Assembly (NCBI RefSeq): GCF_000143415.4
Contig: NW_003314292.1
Span: 1,557,498 to 1,621,497 of the forward strand
Direction of reading: 5' to 3'
Origin: Selaginella moellendorffii
Taxonomy: Eukaryota; Plantae; Lycopodiophyta
Length of the DNA: 64,000 bases
The position numbers were made by a program, and so were the translations under genes. Shown here in pieces: positions 27,500 to 39,676 of the stretch (position 1 is its first letter; every line of letters starts with the position of its first letter). The notes under the pieces were generated by a model. That model was not told where the DNA came from. It made no database searches and was given only the letters and a program-made list of their open reading frames with translations.

Positions 27500-30245
27500 A
27501 GTGTGTTATAAGAGGGAGCTTCCTCTGCTGAAGCTGGGATCAAATAGTTTTGAGAATGTATGTCGGGATAAGGGTAATCAGATAGAAAAATCCATTCTTC
27601 ACGACAGTGGTATGGGAGAGAATGGGATTCAGTGGGATCTTGATAGACGTACAGGTCAGGAGATTTTAATTACAAGATCTCCAAAGTGAGTAAAGGAAAG
27701 TGCATCAGTTTCAATGCCAACTATGCAAGGAGTGAAAGATGAATTTGTTATTCTCTCCAATGATGAAAGTGAAGAAGATGAGCTTCCTAGACAAGTAGGT
27801 GTATTCCTTCTGGACTAGTTTTTGAAGCGGTGGATAAAGCATTTTGGCAATCTCGATCATTACGGTTGGAATTGAAGGAGTTCCAGTACATGAGAGGTAG
27901 GAAGCTTCTGTCTTCCTATAATAGGAATATATTCTTCGAATTTCCACCAGCCAGTTTTTCAAGTAGGAAGAGGGGCATGGAGACACATCTTGATCCACAT
28001 AATTAGTGCAGAGTAAAGACGACCCACTTCTCCCATTTCAACAAATCTGTATCCATAGTCCATTATGGTGGACAATTTCAATGTGTTGCTGAGAAATGCA
28101 TTTCTGATCATGATAAGAATATATGTTTCTTTGAAGGCTCAGCAATTAATCCCCCTAGGCGTGATGAGGTTGCTATAGGGTTTAGATGTCGCAAATGTGG
28201 GGCAACACCTATGTGTCAAACATGTTGCAATGCAAAAATGTATTATTTTCTTCCACAGGATGGATGTTTAGGCAGAACAACAATGCATGTTAGATACCAC
28301 CAACACACAATAGAGGAAGGGATCCATTGTGACTATTTTCTCAATTTGAAGGCTACTGTTACTACAGAGGTTGGGAAGAAAAATGTTGCAATTCCAAAGT
28401 GTGTTCAACAGTTTGTACTAAAGGACTATGTGGTGAACACATTGCTACAAGCTGATAGCAAAAAAGAGTTCATGAAGAACAACTTGAAGAGCCTACTTCA
28501 AAATATAGAACTGTAATAGATTTAAAGAGGTATAAGGTTAATGCTTAACTCTACTTTATCACTAAAAACACTTTTTTTTTGCAGAATAAAGAATTGGATG
28601 CAAGAAGGGTGAGATGGAAAGCTTCAATTTGGGTTGGATGCAATTTTGGAGTTAAAAAAAAAATGTCCCTATGAGTTTATTCATGGGAGCTTGTTTGTTG
28701 GCCAAGTGACTTCGAATAGTCAATGCCCTTTCATCTTTAAGATGTCCACCCTTGGTCTTGCTTCTAATATAGACCTTGTACAGTGAATAGATATGAATGG
28801 AGACGAGGACTTGGCTAATTCTTGGATCCATTTTGATGACATAGAATGAGTTTTAGGTTGGTCAATAATAGGAGCCCATGTTTATGATCACAAGTAAGTG
28901 GCTTTTCATTTTTTAAGGATCTCATACCAATTTACATTATAACCATTCCTTCTATAGGTTGTAGTGCAACTTGACTATAGGTATAGCTAAATTCAAGGTT
29001 TAAGATTTCTAAACTCAAACCATCGTTTGGACATGTATGTTCAAGGTTGTTGAATAGTGAATCAGGAAGAAACCCAACTTCCATGATTTTATAGCATATG
29101 CTGTTGGTGCTAACTGGTTGGCTGTACGACAAGTATTTGGAGGTGATAAAAGTTAGCCATTATAAAGTAAAGATAAGAGTTGTGAGTTTCATTGGGCAAA
29201 GAGTGTTAACAAACATTGCCGATGTATCAATTCTAACTTTCATCACGAGTTTAAGCAACTTTGTCGGGACTGGATGGATGCACCAATTAAAAAGGAGCAT
29301 GATGCAAAAGCAAATGAGATGTGCATACAGTAAGTTTAAATGTTTTAGTGGGGCCATTATATTCTTCATATAAGTTTTCTCTCATTTTCTTTTCTTGTCA
29401 CATTCAAATGTTGTATTTTTCCTAGGATCAACAACTTGATGACATTGCACTTACACCAACAATTAATATCCCTAAGAGCAAACATTAGAGTTGGAGAGCT
29501 TTTGAAGAAGGGAAAGGAAAAGTGTCCCTTTATGAAGTTATACTCTCCGACCTCACTAGATCTTTTGAGCAATTATCAAAAGCTTTGGTTGCACAAGAAG
29601 CAAGGTTTGCTGGTACAAGTCTAAACTTAGATAAGCTTCAAGAGTGAGTTGGTAAAAGGACAACACTAATAGCAGGATCAATGTCTAAAATGGTGGAGGA
29701 AGTTGTTACTGGAACTCATATGGAATCAAATTATAAACCACTTGGGGATATAAGGACAGCCTGTATGAAGCGTCGACAGACATTTGATGGGCCTAACATC
29801 ACTCCTTTTAGCTCTCATTGTCCAAAGTTTAACTACCATTCTGTTCCATGACACTGGAGAAGAACTAAGGAATATAGAGTGGAGGAAGTGCCAGTTGTTA
29901 CACAAGTAAATCAAGTGCCAGAGGTTGAGAAGATTATTGCTCGTGAGCCAATTTCTCATATCAATTGGGCAATTCAAAGAGTCAGTACCAAGAGTAATGC
30001 ACGTTGCTCTGGAATGATTGGGAGTCAAGGTCAGTGTCTTGCATTTGTGTGCTCAAGTTCAAGTTCTTCAACAGTACCATATTTCTGGGGCTGTCGAGAT
30101 TTAGGGGTAAAGGGCACTAGTCAAGCTGGATTATTGTTCTAGGACTAATGTTACTCGTACAAATTGGATCCACAACTCAATTATCTCAAAGCTAGATTCT
30201 GTGCCAGAGGAGTGGTAAAAGAGATTGAAAGTCTAGAGAGAGATG
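27500..30245 (+). mobile_element. Decayed MULE-like DDE transposase gene with introns
   Basis: Broken frames give a Cys/His N-terminal domain (CQTCCNAKMYYF..HQH), FIFKMS..DLANSWIHFD..AHVYD, PNFHDFIAYAVGANWLAVRQVFG and SCEFHWAKSV (Mutator-type CxxH). GT-AG introns near 28532, 28894 and 29330. Confidence 0.7.
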
Positions 30246-31404
30246 TGTAAGGAACCAACTCGCCAAGGTGTCATAGGCTAAAGGATCCCCGAAAGCATGA
30301 CCAAAATGACAAAGAGTTCATCAGATGGGACCGAGTCGAAGATCAAGTCCAAGACTGACTCTGGGACCAAGTTCGAGATAGAGTCCGGAATCGAGTCTGA
30401 GGCCGAATCGGAGACCGAGTTCGAGACCGAGTTTGAGACAGAGTCCAAGATCTAAATCGGGTCCGAGACCGAGTCCGAGGTCGAGACCAAGTCCGAGGTC
30501 GAGACCGAGTCCGAGGTCGAGTCCGAAGTCAGGCCCGAGATCGGGTCCGAGATCAAGTCCAAGACCGAGTCCAAAGTCGGGTCCGAGATCGAGTCCGAGA
30601 CCGAGTCCGAGTACTAATACTTGTCAAGGGGTGAAAGCCCAAAGCGTGCGTCTCCTAGGGGGGGGGGGGGCTGCAGGGGGTTCCAAAAGTATAGTAGGGA
30701 TAGTGAGGTCCAGGAACCAATCTTGAAGGAACTCTCCAGTGGTGCTTCCAAACTGACTTGAAGTTAAGACTGGGGCTAAGGGGCCTTGGGTGGGAGTGAG
30801 CAGAGACTTGGGTGGTGCCGAAGGGGCCACCCCAGGAAATGCTCAAGAGCAGCTCCCACTCCCGAAAGGGAAACTGACTACGGTGCTCTCGGCTCATGTG
30901 GAGTGGTGCCCCACTTGAGTACCATGCGGCTCATTGGTCCTTGCCCTTCCTAGGGGCTTGGGCTTTCCTTCGGGATGGAAGTGGGGGGGTAGAGGTACCC
31001 ATACCGGGCCATTAGGCCATGGTGTTTCGCCCCGGTGTCCCAAAGCAAGTGTTGCACCCAAGACTTGGGATTTAGAGGGTCCCATAATCAAGTCTTGTGG
31101 TACCAAGGGGTATTAGGAACCTAGAAGCTTGGTGTGCTTGGCTGTTTGTGCCTGTGGGGAGTGTAGCCAAACCTTAAGTCCAGTCTAACCCAGGGAGGGG
31201 GATTGGGAGAGACTTGGGAATCCGTGGATGGATGGATAATGCTCCGTTGCTTGTGCAGTGAGTAGTTGAAACCAAGTAAGACCAAGTAGGAGTTGGTACC
31301 ATAAGTGGGAACCTTGGCGAAGGAACTTAGCAAAAGCCAAGGTAGTGTTGGATGGATAGATGAGGTAAGCTAGCAAATTGGAAAGGAAAAATTTGTGGCT
31401 TACA
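30246..31404. mobile_element. Solo LTR (about 1.16 kb), same family as 22016-23589, inserted in the transposase 3' end
   Basis: TGTAAG...CTTACA termini, degenerate TSD AGATG/AGCTA, hexamer array 30330-30612, shared gggtgaaagcccaaagc and ggccatggtgtt blocks. Confidence 0.7.
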
Positions 31405-31447
31405 AGCTAGTTTCAAGCTGAAAACTTCCTCAAATATTGCTATTAAT

Positions 31448-32205
31448 TGTAGCGCATGTGATTATGGGATGAGATTTGAATATACTGTCACCGTGGATCT
31501 TTGGAACCTTGGGGGATAAATAGGGATAAAATAGCCATTAAGGGCTCTCTTATCACCCTTTTTTAGTTAGCTTAAGGGGAGAGAGATAGGGTGTGTTATA
31601 TGTGGTATCAGAGCAAATGGCGTGGCTCGATTCTCATCGATTTTCATTGATTAGTGGCTACTTAAAAATATAATATACCCTTGAGCAAGGTATATTCCTA
31701 CCTCTAAATTTGAAATCGTACATATTGAGCATCAATGCATATGTCTTTTCTCTTGTGTGGAGTATCCACATACGAAGGAATCCACCATGGGATTGAGGTA
31801 CGAGTGAATGACTAGTTGCCTCACATGGAATAACTAACCTACACAATAGAAAGATTAATAGATTCAGTGCAAAAATGGAAGTGTTGATTCCCCTTAGTTT
31901 AGTAGGGGTTATTAGTCAATAGTCAATGAGGACATTGACATCTTTAAAGGGGGGGGTGAGTATAGTGCATATGATCATGGGATGAGATTTGGATATACTG
32001 TCACTATGGATCCTTGAAACCTTAGGGGATAAATAGGGATAAAATAACCACTAAAGGCTCTTTCATTAAACAATTGCCTCTTTTCCAATTGGATCCTTGG
32101 AACATTGGGGGATAAATGGGGATAAAATAACCACTAAAGGCTCTCTCATTAAGCAATTACCCCTTTTTCAATTGGCTTAAAGAGAAAGAGATAGGGTGCA
32201 CTACA
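31448..32205 (+). mobile_element. TRIM (terminal-repeat retrotransposon in miniature)
   Basis: LTR1 31448-31600, tRNA-iMet PBS TGGTATCAGAGC 31603-31614, non-coding internal region, PPT 31946-31960, LTR2 31961-32205 ending CTACA, TSD TTAAT/TTGAT. Confidence 0.88.
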
Positions 32206-32974
32206 TTGATATTTCTATACCACCAATGTCAACACTAAACCAGCATACAACACTAGTTAGAAATAGGAAGGTTGTATAATATAAGTCTTTTATTTCAAAA
32301 GGTGCACAAAAGAAGATCAAGTTGGCAAAGGTGTTGAAATGCACAATCACAAGGATAAACTACATCAGTGCCATGGCTAAAGAGTTTGTTGTTGTGACTG
32401 AGTTGTTAAAGGGTACGAACTACACTATCAAAATCTGTGAAAATCCATCTTATAGCTATTCAGATTTTACATAGAAGAAGAACAAAGGAAAGGTATATTT
32501 ATCCTGCAAGCACATCTATTATATTTTTATCCAAGAACTAAACCAAGATTGACCATCCTAAGATTGACCATTTACATCCACTAGGCAAACCTTACAATTG
32601 TAGAGCTTAAGAAGTGTTTCTAGATTACTTTTAGTGTTCGGATCTATATTTATATTTGTATTTTATTGGTCAAATTTACTTGGAAATATAGATTAAATCA
32701 AAATTTGAAAAATGAAAAGATGTTCGTTCAGGATGAATGAATGTTTTCCTTGTATTTGAGAAGTCGTGAGCTCATGAGCTCAAAACCTACCCAGGCTCTT
32801 TAGGATGATCAAACTTAAAGAGACTTATAACATAAAGATATATGAATCTTAAAAGAAAATTTAGTAGTTTATTTAGAATTTAGATACCTTGATGTATTGA
32901 AATATATCCTGCTCCTGATTATATTATACATAGCTATTAATTAATAGAAATTTAATTTTTGTTTTTTTCCTTTG

Positions 32975-33121
32975 ATACGTTCTCCCCTTAAACCAATTGG
33001 AAAAGGGCCAATTATTTTATGAAAGAGCCCTTAATAGCTATTTTATCCCCATTTATCCCCCAAAGTTCCAAGGATCTATAATGATAGTATAAACAAATCT
33101 CACATGATCACATACACTGTA
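32975..33121 (-). mobile_element. Inverted solo LTR of the TRIM family
   Basis: The reverse complement matches the TRIM LTR (gatccttggaac..gggggataaatggggataaaatagctattaagggctct). Confidence 0.85.
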
Positions 33122-33768
33122 ATTAAATTTGGTTTTGAATGAGTGCATTTTCTATAGTGAATCATGTGAAATATGTTTAGTTGATGCTATATATGAAGGG
33201 ATTGATTTGTACTAATTTAAGTAATTCTTTTTATTAAGCTTCTCCAAAAGATGAGACTCTAGCTAGCCTCTTTGATCACTTTCCTCTATGGTTTCAATAG
33301 GTATGCATCCTTCTATTTTTCCTCCTTTTGCTCATGATTTTTTCTTTATTTGTTTCAGCTTACTTGGACATCCTAAAATGCCTTATAAGAGAGAGCATCA
33401 TTTTTCTCCTCTCTCAGGTGGCCTTTGGAATGAGTGTAATTTGTATGAAACTACAATTTTTAAATTTGAAGATATGCAATAGCCATTCCAAACAATTATA
33501 TAGAGTGATCTTGACTGTATGTTAGCAGTAAATAGGTTGAAATAATGTGTTGCCTCTACATATTTTATGCACCCCAAACATTTCTTATATACTACTTCTA
33601 TGCTATTTGATGTTTTTTAATTTATATAGGCATATTAGATTAGGACTAAGACAGGTGGTAGTGGCACTCTAGAAATTAGCTAGAATTGGAATTAGAATTC
33701 ATAAGTAATTTAGAAATAAAATAAATTTTATATTAAGAGATTCAATCCTTGAAGCAGCCTATATGATT

Positions 33769-34578
33769 TTAAAAACTTTTTCCCCACCAAATATTGTTTG
33801 GTGCTACAGCTTCATATATTATAAAGCTACAGTCATCTTCAATGGTAAGATATGTAAGAAAAATGCATTTGTCATAGTATTTTGTAATAGACCATAACAC
33901 TTGGTTTATTTCAGTATATATAACAAGATTTCCATCAGTTTTCAAAATAAGTTCACAATTACCTTCAAAAAATAAAATATTTTCAGATTGCCATAAACGA
34001 TTTCTACCTGAAAAAAATACAAGCTGGCAATTTGATTTTAAGTATAATACATTTCTACCATTAGATGATACTATAAAGTTTCCTTTTAATAAAAGGAAAT
34101 CTTTAAAACCAGCATTTAAAGTGGTTAAACTTGTATCACAATCTTTTTCAGTGGGATAAATATATTTATAAGAAAATGGAAATAAATTTTGAGGACTCCA
34201 CAAAAACTGTTAATGTTATTTTACATTTATCTGCTCGTTGTGATAATAATATTGATTTATTGTATATTTTAAACCATCTCTTATTCTGGTACCAAGTATT
34301 TGTTTTGTTGTTGATTTTCCAGATTTACAATTTTTTCCTAAGCGTTCAATCCTTACAAAAACTGCACCTTTGCTAACATCAACCATTCTTGCATCTTTAT
34401 AATTTTCTGGATAGCTAACATTAAATTTTACTTTCTTTGTTAAATTAAAAAAACCACGATCAATTATAGTTTGAATATCTTGTTCACTAAGAGCTCCTTT
34501 TACTCCCCAATCTATATTTGTTCCACATGCTATATTTATGTAAAAATAGAAAAACACCAGATAATTCTTTAGAACCAT
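33769..34578 (-). CDS. Secreted protein with a C-terminal bulb-type (B-/GNA) lectin domain; spliced or pseudogenised
   Basis: Signal-like N-terminus, then SSNGRNVLYLKSNCQLV..LWQS..LILKTDGNLVIY..VLWS. The two ORFs share one frame and are separated by two TAA codons. Confidence 0.65.
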
Positions 34579-34956
34579 TTCAAATTACTTCATGTGAACA
34601 AGTTTACACTCTACTAAGCATAATATTATTTTATCCATATTTTTAACTGGATGTTAATAAACTATTAAATAATAAATAATTATAATTATAATTAAAAAAG
34701 TTATATGGAATTCCCAGATAGGATAAATTTACTTATATTAACTAGAAAAAATAAATATTCTATGTTTCTTAATGTGAATACACATGTTTAAATTTTATTT
34801 TATTTTACAATAGTTTGGTTTCTAAGCACAGTAATATATTTAAATTTAAATTTAAAATTAACATATAATATACGGGAGGTGAGAAAAAGAGGGTCTCATG
34901 CCACGTCGGTAAGCGGAGAGAGTAATTTTCAGTAAAGTACAAAACTTTGATAAATA

Positions 34957-36767
34957 TTACTTTAATAGCAAGCAAGCCTCCACTTCGCTCCACCCTGACG
35001 CCTCAAACAAGACGCCGCTGTGGCGGTAGCTCTTTGGATTGCCGGACTCGATGGAAGCCTGGATGTGAGCTGCGGCGATGGCGAGCGGGAAGAGCTGGAG
35101 GTTGTAGCGCAGCAGCATCTCTCTGAGCGCGGGGTTGTGTCCCATGACGATCCCCAAGTCGGCGTCCAGCAGCGCCAAGAGATCGTTGGTGCTGTCCCCC
35201 AAGAACACCGCTCTCTTGTTCTCGTCCGGGTACACGTTATACATCCTTCGCAGTGCGTGTAGGATGGCTTCCTTGTCGAATGCGTCCTGGACCACGCCTT
35301 GAAAGGTTCCATCGGAGGTTCCTTTCTCGTCGTAGACTAGATCGTTAGAGTGAACGAACAAGTGACCCTCTGGAATGACGAAGAGTGTTTTAGAAAGCTA
35401 AAACAAAAAAAGGGATACATACCCGGCAGGCTTGGAAGTCCTCCGATGATAAGATCGCGAGACCAGCTCGCGGAGATGCAGTGCATGGGAATGTTGATCT
35501 CGCTTAGCTGTTGGAGGAACTCCGAGCAGCGGTGGAGTAGGGGAATTCGTTTCACTTCTCGTCTTATTTGCTCGCGCCGAACTCCTTTCAAAACACCTCC
35601 TGCCATGACTTCCTGCTCCAGAATAAAAGTGAAACAAAACAAACTTTTGATAACAGTACCTTGTTTATTTTCTTCTCGAGGTCCCCGAGTTGCCTCAAGA
35701 TGTTCCTGAGGTTGCTGCTCTCGTAGACGCACGAGACGTCGGGATTCGCGAACTGTTCCTGGCTGCCTTTGATGTATGATCTGAGTCCCAAGTCCATCCC
35801 GGGAACCAGATGATACAAACCGCCTCGCTTCTCGGTCACGGGGGTCAGCTTCGCAGCGACGCTCTCAAACTCCCAGATCGACAAGCAGTTCTTGATACGA
35901 TTGTCGTGCACCTTCATCAGGGACCAGTAGCGTTCCTGTGGATCTTCACTAGTGGATGAGTTGTTTTTCGCCACTGAGACCAATATCTCTGATGTGTCTT
36001 TGACGGTGCAAGTGATATCGTAGTCCGTTGTAAAGAGAAGGTTGACGGGGTGCCACGGATTGGAGCTGCAAGTTGCCTCGTCCTTGTGTCGCGGATAAGC
36101 CGAGGAAAAAATTTGTATCTGGTGGCTCAACGCTTCCTTGAAAAGTTTCTCGAGTACACCTCCTTTTCCATCTTGCAAAAGCTTCGTTTCGAGATCTTTC
36201 TCCAGTAAAGACGCGCAAACCTGAGAGGTTATATGCTTGAAATGGGAGGAAAACAAAAAAAGTGACGTTTACCTGGAAATCATGCTCGTTATACGCTGAA
36301 ATCCAGCTGCTCTGGCCTGGAGCCATATATTTGGAGATAGTTCTTGCAAGAAACACTCGTGCGTGGAAAATTGCCATGAGAATCACGCTGGCTTTGACAT
36401 CGCTGTCTGCTGCCAACTTCATCATAAAAGATTTCATTTCTTTTGCCGAATCTGTCACTGCGTCCTGAGAAAAACGAAGATAGCCAGATATCTAGAAAAG
36501 CTTTGCATCACTAAGTTGCCATACCTCATTCCCCTTGTAGATGCTGTGGGAGAGTTTCATGAGCAATGCCTTTGTAGGCTGGTGCTTTGAAAGCGATGAA
36601 GCAACGGACAAAACATAGCCTTCGTCTCGCAGAAAGCATGACAGCCTCGAATCAGAAAGTGTTCCAGCCATGGTGCTCAAATTGAATGGGTGGTAAAGAA
36701 TTGCACAGATTTCCAGCTCGGCCGCCTCGAGAAAGTCTTGCACCCGAAAATTCTGGAGCACCACCAT
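34957..36767 (-). CDS. Bifunctional TenA-HAD protein (TH2-like thiamin monophosphate phosphatase); 5' end uncertain
   Basis: TenA-like ILYHPFNLSTMAGTL..FLRDEGYVL, HAD motif I TDYDITCT, ISASWS, VHSNDL, FLGDSTNDLLALLDADLGIV, ASGWSEV. Confidence 0.85.
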
Positions 36768-37892
36768 CTTGTTTGGAACCACTTGGCGGCTGCTTGCGCG
36801 ACGTGAGCTTGTGTGCCTCAGCTACAAAGGAAAAAAGTGGAAGAATGTTGGAGCGAAACAGAAAAGGGAGGAAAAAAAAAATTCTAAGCTTACGAGACAG
36901 AAGAACGATGCCTCAGGAGAAAATCGAGCACGACAGCGAACACGACCAGTGTTTGTCCCTAGTTTGCAAGAAGGCTGCAAGAGTAAGCATCAAGAATGAG
37001 AGATTATCGACAGAGAAATCTCAAAGACGCCGCACCTAGAGACGCCGCAAGATTTGAGGCCGATGAGACGCCGCTCCGGTGCGCGAGCTTGAGGCGAGCT
37101 GCGGGGCGATGAGAATCCATCAAGAAATACCAGGGCTGGTGGATCCGTTGACGAAGATCAGGAGAATCGGCAGGGAGCTGCCGGAGGCGCCGGATTGGCG
37201 AGCAACGATCGAAGAATCCAAAAACGCACGAATGCTGGCTCTCCTTTCTTCTCCACTGGCACAAGAAAGACAAAGGGTTCGTTGGGTTCACTGCCGTCCA
37301 CGCCACTGATATAAGGGGATTAGCATATTCGCTCCCTGTTGGTGCGAATATCTCACCCTCCACTTCCCCACTTCCCCACGGCATCACTTTTTACAACCAC
37401 GTAAAACCGAATCAGCCTTTTATTATTTTATCTGGTGCGCAACCTTTGAAATCATTTTCATCCATGCTTGATTGGTGTGAGAGTTTTTTGATAGAAGGTC
37501 CTATATTGTTAAACTATACAGAAAATGACAACCATGGACCATCAACTTTGACTTGAATTCATACATTGTATAGAACTTACATTTATTTAAATTTCTATAC
37601 TCTTAAACTATACAAAGATCTGATATTGTATAGTTTACTTTGTTTACAAAGATCTGACTTTTATATAATGTTATATAAACTCTTTTTTCAATTACACGTA
37701 ATATTATAGTGGACACCAATTGCTATAATAACAAAACTGTGATTGTGTCCATCATAATATTGGTATTGGGGCATGCCACATATAAAGTTGACTCATAGCT
37801 TAGGTTTGATAATGAATATACCTGAAATATGCTAGGATGTTCTAGCATATTATACTATTTAAGTTTGTAAATGATAATCTTTTTTATGGTGG

Positions 37893-39230
37893 TCAGGTGA
37901 TTTGTATGAATTCTCCAAAGAATTTGGAAAGGCAGGAGTTACTTACACTGGAAAGAGCACTGTGAGAGTTGCGCGATGGATTAGATATTAGCTGCTTCCT
38001 ACTTCTAGCAAGTGAAAATTCTCTCTCACACGGAGGAAAGAAGAGATTTTGTATACCTCTGTTTCTCAACGAGGAGGAAATATCATCCAGATTTCTCAAG
38101 CAGAGGCCTTGCATTGGAGCACCGCAAATCAAACAAGCACGGGTCCTTCTGCCATTGCAGAGGTTGCAAATACCTATAAGGGAAAAACTTGATTTCTGAA
38201 AGGCACCCAATCGACACGCCCAATACACACTCTTGCTCTCAAATATGAGGCTAAACCCATGAGAATCTCTCTTGTAGGATTCTTCATCAGTCATATTGTC
38301 ACTCCATCAGCAATCACGCTTGTGCCACTTGTGCTTGCTTACGATTTCATGGATTTGACACCTTTTCTGCCACTCTGAGAAACTCCACAAACTCCGAGTT
38401 TCCTTGCTCCATAGCAACTTTCAAAATCTGCTCATGGTCACTTTGGATGATCTTTTTTATTGCATGCACGGCCATTTCCTTACTCCCATGACCACTTCCA
38501 CAACTTGTCCTCCAAGAAATCACCATTCTCGTAGCAAAAAGAAAACCCTCATTCAAAACACCTGTGCATTCTCTTGCTTGGAGCAAGCAAACCTCAGAGG
38601 TTCATATTCCACCAATTGAGCTTGACTTTATCTAGCAAAGCTCATCAGGTCCATCCCTAGAATTCCAACTTGTGTAATAAATCATGGATGTGTGGCCTTG
38701 GAGGAATTCTTTGATCTGCTGAAGTATAAATTACAGAACTATCACCTTGGTATGCATCATGCATCAGCCATTTTTCTTGCACAACTATATGCCATAACTA
38801 CCTTTTTTGACACCGATGCAGCTTAGTTCCTTCTTGGATCAAAGTCCCAGCTTATCTTGTCAATGATGAACACCACACCCAACTTGAAATCCAGCCGGCA
38901 TTAAAGATCCACAAGCAAAGTTCCCTGAATGTCCACCATCATGTTCTTGGCTAGCTGCTGACGATGGCGGCTGGAACTTCAACACACTTGACGAACAGGT
39001 AGCATGTCTGTGTAATCCTTAAAACTCGTAAATTCCTCGCAGCTGGAAGCACTGACTTTGCCACAGTTGCTGTAAGCTGCTTGGATGCGTGCTAGGCATG
39101 CCCTCTTGTCACGCTCTGCTCTGCTCTGCAGCATCCATTGACCACGGTGAAGATCTCATGAGCTCGGGTATCACTTCCCCAGAGAGTAAACATCTCAAGG
39201 GAATGGATTTGCGAGAACTACCATCCACGG
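37893..39230 (-). pseudogene. Decayed coding remnant of unknown family
   Basis: Short same-strand ORFs (133 and 79 aa) with Cys clusters, interrupted by stops. Confidence 0.25.
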
Positions 39231-39559
39231 CCTCATCTACAAATCCAAAATAGTGACCTCAAGTACGCTGCGCTTATACATGGTGATTTATAAGAATTTA
39301 AAAGAATGATACGTGGCACTGATGTATATAAAATCTGCAAAAAAAGAATGTTTTAGCAATTCAAATACACATAACTTGGATATTATTAATTCTTTGCCAG
39401 CCCATCACATTCTGATTGCATACATTGGACCATAGGACTTTGATTTGAATCTATTGTTATGCAAAACTTTCGACATAATATACACCATTGCCAGTCCACG
39501 TTTCTTTACTATGTAGTTCGTTTCTTCTACTTACTCTCTTCCTTGCCTCGCCTTACACG

Positions 39560-39583
39560 ATCTCTCTCTCTCTCTCTCTCTCT
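39560..39583. repeat. (CT)n microsatellite
   Basis: Direct inspection. Confidence 0.9.
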
Positions 39584-39676
39584 TCTTTTCTTTTCTTACC
39601 TCCTGTGAAGACTTCCCGAGGTTGCGAGCTTTCGAGCTTTTCGAGCTTCTCCTTGTCCGATTAGCTTCCTCTCGAG

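Noticed and set aside
25789-32345. Candidate MULE TIRs near 25789 and 32290-32345
   Set aside because: Similarity too weak to establish by eye; no TSD found.
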